64,000 nucleotides of DNA, taken from sequence record NC_062582.1; one strand, given 5' to 3'. The notes under the pieces were generated by a model. That model had not been told where the DNA came from. It worked only from the letters and a program-made list of their open reading frames with translations, and did not search any database. The translations under genes and the position numbers were made by a program. Below are positions 57,394 to 64,000 of this stretch, in pieces; the stretch's first letter is position 1; every line of letters begins with the position of its first letter.

Positions 57394-58009
57394 TATGATC
57401 GATAAAGAGGGCGTAAGGGATAGTAGTGCTTACCGTCTAGATGATATCGGTTCTGCACTATCTGCCATTACCCACGCTGTAGAAATCCGTCTTCCTATTG
57501 TGACAGAAGACAAGTTCATTAAAGATGTATTGCCAATCCTACAACATCCTTGGTCCGAAGAGAACCTGTTGCGTTGGCTCAAGATCGTTAAAGAACCAAT
57601 GAACCCATTGCGTGTAGCTGGTAAAGGAGAGGGTAACGAGACTGTTGTATTGTTTACAGTACCTGCATTGTACCCACGACCAGCTTCCACAACTTCTAAG
57701 CCTGGCGAAGTATCGCCAAGGCAGCTGATTGATTACGTCAAGAATGAGAATGACCGAGGGAACCATGAGTACGATCACTACGTACCTGAATTCCTTTTCT
57801 CAATCGCAGGCCATGGCGATATCACAGAAGAAGTACTTAAACCGCTTGCACACATCCTTGCTCGTTATGATCGTACCTTTACGGACATTGCTGGTAAACC
57901 ACTCTACGACTTAGGTCCTAACAAAGTGGGAGGTGTTGCAGGCAAAACCGAATACCCCCCAATGAGTGGGGAAAACTTTGTGAGTAGTGGTTTTAGAGAT
58001 GAAGACTGA
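57386..58009 (+). CDS. conserved core protein (gp64-like position)
   Basis: GAGG SD. Confidence 0.75.
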   Translation: MADMIDKEGVRDSSAYRLDDIGSALSAITHAVEIRLPIVTEDKFIKDVLPILQHPWSEENLLRWLKIVKEPMNPLRVAGKGEGNETVVLFTVPALYPRPASTTSKPGEVSPRQLIDYVKNENDRGNHEYDHYVPEFLFSIAGHGDITEEVLKPLAHILARYDRTFTDIAGKPLYDLGPNKVGGVAGKTEYPPMSGENFVSSGFRDED

Positions 58010-59147
58010 TAAGACAAAGAAGCCTGGTAAGTTCAGGTATGTGAGCCTAGGTGATGTTCACCTAGGTCACCGAGGTACCCCAGCCGCACACATCATCAAA
58101 AACCTAAACCGAATGCTGAACGATCAATTGTTAAAAGAGATCGATATGCTAATCATTACCGGAGATCTGTTTGATAGACAGCTCCAGAATGGTGATGAAG
58201 TAGTGCACACCATCAATCGCTGGATGACAGAGCTGATGTATCGTTGCGCTGCTTACAATGTGATGATTCGTTGTGTGGAAGGTACGCCTTCTCATGACCG
58301 TGAACAATCTAAGTTCTTTGTCGAGCAGATGATCAATGCGAAGATTCCAGTTGACCTGTACTATACTAACAAACTGGAAATTCGCTATGAACCACGCTTA
58401 GACGCACACTTCCTTTATGTCCCTGACAAATGGCGACCATGTACTTCTATTACCCTTTCCGAAGTTAAAGGAGAGATGAAGATCCTTGGGTTGGAGCAGG
58501 TAGACTTTGCTATCATGCACGGTGCTTTTGCTTATCAACTCCCAGCGATCGTAGAAGAACCAAGCCATAATGAGGAAGAGTACGACGCACTGGTTAAATA
58601 TCAAATCCTTATTGGGCATGTCCACATCATGACCGTTCGTGGAAAGATCCATGCAGCTGGTTCTACTGATAGGATCTGTCATGGGGATGAGATTGCCAAA
58701 GGTATGTTTGACATCTCTGTAAAAGAAGATGGTAACTTTGAATGCGTCTTTGTAGAAAACAAATGGGCTAAACGGTACGACACACTTGATGTACACGGCT
58801 TGGATACTAAAGAACTCAACCATGTCATCAAAGAGCGAGTTAAACAGTTACCTAAAGGTTCTGCCATTCGTTTACGTTGTGACCCACATGACGTAGCTTC
58901 CGGTGACATCAATTACTTTACAAAAGAGTATCCACAGATTGACTGGACACTCACAATTGAAAAGTCTACCAAGAAGAAGAATACTGTGTTAGAAAGTATG
59001 CGTAATTTCAACATGTCTGAGTGGGTTCCTATCACTAAAGACAACGTCGTTGAATTGGTAGCAATCGAACTGCATAATCAAGGTTATTGTGAAAACACGA
59101 TTGACCGTTGTGCAACTCGACTGAATGACTTTATTAAGGTGGCATAA
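57999..59147 (+). CDS. sbcD: SbcD/Mre11-like metallophosphoesterase nuclease (phiKZ gp65-like)
   Basis: GDVHLG, TGDLFD, GTPSHD, MHG, GHVH motifs. Confidence 0.9.
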   Translation: MKTDKTKKPGKFRYVSLGDVHLGHRGTPAAHIIKNLNRMLNDQLLKEIDMLIITGDLFDRQLQNGDEVVHTINRWMTELMYRCAAYNVMIRCVEGTPSHDREQSKFFVEQMINAKIPVDLYYTNKLEIRYEPRLDAHFLYVPDKWRPCTSITLSEVKGEMKILGLEQVDFAIMHGAFAYQLPAIVEEPSHNEEEYDALVKYQILIGHVHIMTVRGKIHAAGSTDRICHGDEIAKGMFDISVKEDGNFECVFVENKWAKRYDTLDVHGLDTKELNHVIKERVKQLPKGSAIRLRCDPHDVASGDINYFTKEYPQIDWTLTIEKSTKKKNTVLESMRNFNMSEWVPITKDNVVELVAIELHNQGYCENTIDRCATRLNDFIKVA

Positions 59148-59975
59148 ATGGATCTCATTGAAAGAGAAGTTGGGCAGTTCCCAGTAAGCATGGGTACTTC
59201 TCTTGCCATTGAGGGTTTCTTGGGTATTCATCCAAATCAAACTAAACCCCCGCTCGATGTCAGAACTGTTAAAGAGGTTTGGATTAACCTTCGTACGTTA
59301 GCCCGTAACCTCTGGAACTCCGTAAAGACTGAACGTCTAAATGTCATCAACCCTGCACAAGCGGTGATGGTATTAATGCAAGAAGTCCAAACGATTCCTG
59401 TAGCGCTTCAACAAGCTGGATCAAAGGTGAAGGTACAATATTACATCGCTTCTGTAGATCAGATTCGATGGACCTTCCCTAAGGCTACATTCAAACAAGC
59501 AAAGACGCCAAAGCAAATGGCATACGAAGTTTACGAACGCTATACAGCTATTGAGTTGTATAAGCAAATGGTTGAAGAAGGTATCCCAGTAATGGAGATC
59601 AAGAAGCTACCGCCTAAAACAGACGGCACTGTAGCGATCCTGACACATTACCCTTCGGAACTATTATGGAAAGACCAGTTCTCCCGACTCTTCTTGTTGG
59701 AGTCTAACACAGGGAAACTGAAACCATGGAACATGTGGTACACCAAACTAAACGGAGTTAAGGAAGATACTCCTCTCCCGTTTGACAAGTTCACATTACA
59801 GGTATTTGGGGATGGTGTTATGATCGAACCCCAGCCCCGTGGTATTAAGGCCCAACTCAAAACACTAGCTGAGTCTAAACGTTGGAGTCCTATTACCAAA
59901 CCAGATAAGATGCATTACGACATCGGAACATCTGGTATGAAAGAACTGAAAGAAGCATATGCAACACTTAGGTAA
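59148..59975 (+). CDS. conserved core protein (gp66-like)
   Basis: synteny; INLRTL.RN, LESNTG, QVFGD motifs. Confidence 0.75.
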   Translation: MDLIEREVGQFPVSMGTSLAIEGFLGIHPNQTKPPLDVRTVKEVWINLRTLARNLWNSVKTERLNVINPAQAVMVLMQEVQTIPVALQQAGSKVKVQYYIASVDQIRWTFPKATFKQAKTPKQMAYEVYERYTAIELYKQMVEEGIPVMEIKKLPPKTDGTVAILTHYPSELLWKDQFSRLFLLESNTGKLKPWNMWYTKLNGVKEDTPLPFDKFTLQVFGDGVMIEPQPRGIKAQLKTLAESKRWSPITKPDKMHYDIGTSGMKELKEAYATLR

Positions 59976-60053
59976 ATAATACCTGGGTGTACAACAATAC
60001 GTAACACTTGCGCAAAGTGATTAATATTTTATCCAATTGGAGTTTCAAAAATT

Positions 60054-60803
60054 ATGTCCAACTTCCCAGCACCAGTACTGAATATCTTCTCTCAAATGAC
60101 CAACTGGTTGTTTGCTGAACCAGCTGAGGGCGCTCAAAAGCGACCAACCCTTCGCTTCGGTGTATTCGGTAACGAGCCGCGCATCACTGTAAAGACTAAC
60201 GTACCGAATGACTTGAACCACGGTAAGATTGACTTTAACTGTGACATGGCTACTTTCTTTGCTGCGATGTCTTTTGCCAAAGCTTTGGCTGAAGGTACTG
60301 CTACAGCAACCGAACGTAAGTTCGTTTATCAGAACGATTTCGTTGCTGGTAAGAAGCTTGATCGTATTATCCCAATCACCACTCTGGTCATTGGTCGCGC
60401 TCAAGATGGTCGGATGTACATTGCACTGCTGAGTGCACAGGCTTCCCGTCCTAAGATTCGTTTCTTCTTTGGTCCTACCAAATATCACAACATCACCAAT
60501 GGTGACGGCAGTGCTATCAGTGCCGAAGAAATGTCTAATGCTTACGCTCTGGGCTACCTGCAACCAGCTACCCAATTCATGTTCGGTCTACTGACTGGCG
60601 TGAGCTTTGACCCTAATGCTAAAGGTGTTGCTAACCCAGCTAACATCGGTGGTGGTCAAGGCGGTGGTCAACGTCCACAAGGTGGCGGGGGCGGTGGTTA
60701 TCAACAGCGTCCACAAAACAATGGCGGCGGAGGTGGCGGTGGCTTCAACAAACCAGCTTCGGGCGGTTTCGACGATTTCGATTCCGTACCAGACTTTGGT
60801 TAA
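60054..60803 (+). CDS. chmC: ChmC-like nucleus-associated RNA-binding protein (phiKZ gp67/Imp6-like)
   Basis: directly upstream of gp68; folded domain plus G/Q/N/R-rich disordered tail. Confidence 0.68.
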   Translation: MSNFPAPVLNIFSQMTNWLFAEPAEGAQKRPTLRFGVFGNEPRITVKTNVPNDLNHGKIDFNCDMATFFAAMSFAKALAEGTATATERKFVYQNDFVAGKKLDRIIPITTLVIGRAQDGRMYIALLSAQASRPKIRFFFGPTKYHNITNGDGSAISAEEMSNAYALGYLQPATQFMFGLLTGVSFDPNAKGVANPANIGGGQGGGQRPQGGGGGGYQQRPQNNGGGGGGGFNKPASGGFDDFDSVPDFG

Positions 60804-60810
60804 TTAAAAA

Positions 60811-60845
60811 CTTACGGCTTCTCTGGTTTCAGAGAAGCTGTATGC
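60811..60845 (+). terminator. hairpin
   Basis: TACGGCTTCTCTG-GTTT-CAGAGAAGCTGTA. Confidence 0.75.
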
Positions 60846-60865
60846 CCCGATGGAGGATAGAGGTT

Positions 60866-60902
60866 AATAGAAAAAAGTCTAGATCTATATTACTAGTCTG
60901 AT
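60866..60902 (+). promoter_or_regulatory. early promoter for gp68/picA operon
   Basis: AATAGAAAAAAGTCTAGATCTATATTACTAGTCTGA; TATATTAC 60886-60893. Confidence 0.85.
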
Positions 60903-60923
60903 AGATAAAAGAGGATGTGCTTA

Positions 60924-62501
60924 ATGAGAATTGATGTATCAACAGTACAAGGCGATGGCTTTACTGCTGTGACGGTAAGTCACAAAGGTAAGTCTATCGA
61001 ATGGTCTACGAGGGCATATAGCAAAGTAAAACTGGCTGACCCAAGTCGTGTGTTCTTGGAGTTCAATGAATTCCTAACAACGATCGATGAAACAGCACAA
61101 GACAAGATGTTCAGTAGTTATGAATCCATCAAGTCTTTGTATGAAATGGGTTTTGATCCATCGCACATTACCGCAAGTCTTATTCATCACATCGTAGAAA
61201 TCGGCAAACAAATCCCAATGAACAAATTGCGGCGTTGGTTGTTGACTATTGGTAACCTGCATATCCCTGCTGACATCCAAGATACGATTACAGCTGACTC
61301 TCGTTATAACAAACGTGAACAGACGTATTTGAAGAATGACTACATTAACCTCTCAACTGTTGCATTGGGTATTCGAGCATTCTTGCCTGTCCTTGGCGAG
61401 TATATGGATCAGGGAACTGACCAAGATCTCTATAAGGAAAACGATGTTGTTGGATTGTTGTCCACAACTGAGTTGGCTAACTGGCCGATGCTGGAAACAG
61501 ATCAGGTTGGTGATGATGTTGAAACGGTATTCGAAAAGCTTGAAAGCTATATTCGATTCTGTGTCGAAGAAGAACATATTACACTGGGTCGACTCTGGTC
61601 TGGTTTGAGTACAGTTAAGATTCGTGAACTCTTGCAGTCTAAGGTTCTGATTCGTCGACTGACTATTGTTCCACTTAACGATCCAACAAGTTATTCGATC
61701 GTATCGAACATCTTCCGTTATGTGAACTCTAACCTCAACCCAACCGAACGTAGTACTTCTGACCGTGTTAACGATAAGCAACCAGATCGTAACGGTGGCG
61801 ATGACGAGGATAACACATCTTTCATCGAAGCGCATAAAACGAAAAGCCGGGTTAGTCCTGGTGACATCGTAGCGTACAATCTTGATGCAATGGATTACGA
61901 GTTGCTAGCTGAAGACGTAGATCCAACGATCTGCAAAATCAAACTGGCTAAGTGTATTGACTGTATCCAACAAGTAGCACCCAATGAGATCCGTCCTCAC
62001 CAAGTGATGTTGGCTCAGTGGGTAATGGCAAAAGCTTTCCCAAGTCGTGCGTTCTATCACATCGACAAACTGCCAGTGAACTATCTGTTGGCAACTACTC
62101 AAGCATTGTTGTGGCATTGGGGTCATTTGGATACAGCTATCTTCATGCAAGTGGAGCCTCTGTATCACGGTGATAACCAATCAGCTTCTCCACTGGGTCA
62201 ACTGCGTATCGGTTCTCGGATCGCTACTAAGTATCGACCAATGTTGGATGAACTGTTCCCACACATGAAACACCAACGCATTCCACAAAGCGGCGAAATC
62301 CCTAAACCAGAGAATCGTGCAGCAGTAGCTATTAACAGTTGTAACCACTCCATCCGGTCTACCAACTGGGCGTATAAAGGTCCTGACGAATTGTTCCGTG
62401 AAGCGGGTCAAGTAACTCAGAACAAAGTTTTGATCCTACCGCCTAACTTGAAGCATTCGATTACAGAAGTCGTAATGCAGTTGGCACAAATCAATAAGTA
62501 A
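60924..62501 (+). CDS. nvRNAP promoter-specificity subunit (phiKZ gp68-like)
   Basis: ~525 aa in the gp65-69 block; GAGGA SD. Confidence 0.8.
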   Translation: MRIDVSTVQGDGFTAVTVSHKGKSIEWSTRAYSKVKLADPSRVFLEFNEFLTTIDETAQDKMFSSYESIKSLYEMGFDPSHITASLIHHIVEIGKQIPMNKLRRWLLTIGNLHIPADIQDTITADSRYNKREQTYLKNDYINLSTVALGIRAFLPVLGEYMDQGTDQDLYKENDVVGLLSTTELANWPMLETDQVGDDVETVFEKLESYIRFCVEEEHITLGRLWSGLSTVKIRELLQSKVLIRRLTIVPLNDPTSYSIVSNIFRYVNSNLNPTERSTSDRVNDKQPDRNGGDDEDNTSFIEAHKTKSRVSPGDIVAYNLDAMDYELLAEDVDPTICKIKLAKCIDCIQQVAPNEIRPHQVMLAQWVMAKAFPSRAFYHIDKLPVNYLLATTQALLWHWGHLDTAIFMQVEPLYHGDNQSASPLGQLRIGSRIATKYRPMLDELFPHMKHQRIPQSGEIPKPENRAAVAINSCNHSIRSTNWAYKGPDELFREAGQVTQNKVLILPPNLKHSITEVVMQLAQINK

Positions 62502-62517
62502 TTAGAGGCAATACACG

Positions 62518-64000
62518 ATGATCAATCTGAACATGGGTGCAACCATCGGCGGTTCGGGCAATACCCGTATCACTATTGAGAACATGATCGCAGTACAGAC
62601 TGGTACTTATCAAGATCAGTATGCTCGACCATTCAAGTCTACTGTAAATGATGGCGTTATCGCTGGACTGCGTGAAGTAACTCGTGGTGGTCTTAACCTC
62701 GGTGCAGCAGCAGTTCAAGAGATCGCTTGCGGTGTAATTACTCCACAGGCAGAAGTAGAAGGTAAAGTAAACATTGCGAACGGCATGCAATGTCGTCGTT
62801 TCCGGATTCTGTTGACCGTTAACGAATCCCATCCATATATCGAAGGCACCACTACCCGTCGTGTGTTCTATGGCTACTCGGATAACAGTGACGCATCCTT
62901 GAACTATCTTGATCCGAACATGCGTGTGTATTTCAACAGTGAGACTATCATTGCTGAAGCCATTCGTAATACGATCAATGGCCCACAACGTCAGGCATCT
63001 ATTGTTGCATCTAACCAGATCATCTCTCCGATGGGTCCTGATAACAATGGTCAAGGTAATGGGTTGTTCGCTCGGGCATCGAGTTTCTTGATTCGACCTG
63101 AAGATAACTTTAACCTGATGCAAACCAATATCGTTGCACAGAACCTGAATAGCTCGGGTATGTTCCCAGGTATGGTTGACACTTCCTACGACAACCGTAC
63201 CATGGTTGGTGAAGGTGGTAGCCACAAGTATTCGATGCGTCGTGACACTTCCCCAACTCGTTATCTGTCCGATAGCTTGGCTGCTTATTCTCATGCAATC
63301 AAGGAATCCAAAGATAGCGTAATCAATACTGGTGACTTCAACGATGCGATTACATCTAAAGAAGTTATCTTGGGTGAAGCAGCTGCGGCATGCCGTAACC
63401 ACAACATCCATTCCAATACTTTCCTGAGCGTTCTGAACGATCACTCCGGTTATATGGAACAGGGTTATGTGACCTTCGGTGATCTGTGTCGTATCTTCCC
63501 TGAGATGAACAACCGCGCTGGTTACGATTGTGTTCAGTTCTCCATGGACAATGGTCGCAGTATCCGTAAAGTAATGCAAGCTGGCGATTCACAAGTTTGG
63601 TCCGGTGCTGACTATTCTTCCATCGGTGCTTCTCTGTTGGCTCAAGCAATTCCGTCGATCATGATGGATACCTTCTTCCGTAGCTTTAGCTTTGCGGTAA
63701 CGAATGGTAATGGTAACAACAATTATCTGTTTGAACCACATCCCGATGCATGTAAAGCAATCGTTGGTGGTATTGACATGCGTCAATATTTCCAAGACTT
63801 CGAACGTCGATTGAGCATTGACGTATTGAATAACATCACTCGTGGTAACCAACTACCGTTTAAGATCTCCATGTATTCTGACTTGGTAGGTGACTCGATC
63901 ATCGATATCCAGATTGGTGGTGGTCCTCTGGAACGTTTCATTGCTCCGACCTTTGCGGATAGTCTGTTCAGTCCGGTCATTACTCGTAACCGTTCTCTGG
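62518..64000 (+). CDS. picA: PicA/Imp1 nuclear import factor (phiKZ gp69-like), 3-prime truncated, missing from ORF track
   Basis: GAGG SD, ATG 62518; same frame reads MINLNMG.. at the start and ..FIAPTFADSLFSPVITRN at the edge; follows gp68. Confidence 0.82.
   Translation, partial: MINLNMGATIGGSGNTRITIENMIAVQTGTYQDQYARPFKSTVNDGVIAGLREVTRGGLNLGAAAVQEIACGVITPQAEVEGKVNIANGMQCRRFRILLTVNESHPYIEGTTTRRVFYGYSDNSDASLNYLDPNMRVYFNSETIIAEAIRNTINGPQRQASIVASNQIISPMGPDNNGQGNGLFARASSFLIRPEDNFNLMQTNIVAQNLNSSGMFPGMVDTSYDNRTMVGEGGSHKYSMRRDTSPTRYLSDSLAAYSHAIKESKDSVINTGDFNDAITSKEVILGEAAAACRNHNIHSNTFLSVLNDHSGYMEQGYVTFGDLCRIFPEMNNRAGYDCVQFSMDNGRSIRKVMQAGDSQVWSGADYSSIGASLLAQAIPSIMMDTFFRSFSFAVTNGNGNNNYLFEPHPDACKAIVGGIDMRQYFQDFERRLSIDVLNNITRGNQLPFKISMYSDLVGDSIIDIQIGGGPLERFIAPTFADSLFSPVITRNRSL

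Noticed and set aside
62491-63579. 362-aa minus-strand ORF
   Set aside because: Shadow of the PicA-like + strand gene.
1-64000. CRISPR array, tRNA/rRNA, integrase/transposase, inteins, alternative genetic code
   Set aside because: No regularly spaced repeats or cloverleafs seen; terL, pol and RNAP are of expected size; TAA, TAG and TGA all end coherent genes.

Overview
64 kb from a phiKZ-like nucleus-forming jumbo phage (Chimalliviridae). Gene content and the chimallin sequence suggest a Pseudomonas-infecting relative of 201phi2-1/phiPA3/phiKZ (host is inference). The core order follows phiKZ gp25-gp69: DHFR, terminase large subunit, a virion module (gp26-28-like, tail sheath, tail tube, gp32-like), PhuZ tubulin, gp42-like virion protein, the family-B DNA polymerase subunit, gp52-like protein, chimallin, the nvRNAP beta-prime subunit with NADFDGD, an SbcD/Mre11 nuclease, a ChmC-like RNA-binding protein, the nvRNAP gp68 subunit and PicA/Imp1 (missing from the ORF track; runs off the window). 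Between these lie dense + strand accessory islands of small ORFs. They contain several tandem paralog families and putative modifying enzymes (GNAT, CX5R phosphatase, Cys-His-Asp papain-like, possible ART-like). Non-coding signals include TATATTAC early promoters, about 16 related GC-rich hairpins and an 18-bp perfect palindrome in the chimallin leader. There are also several structured intergenic RNA candidates, the best being a ~250-nt multi-branch structure directly after chimallin. No tRNA, rRNA, CRISPR array, integrase or transposase was seen. gp-number assignments rest on remembered synteny and motifs, not database searches; all RNA pairings were done by eye.
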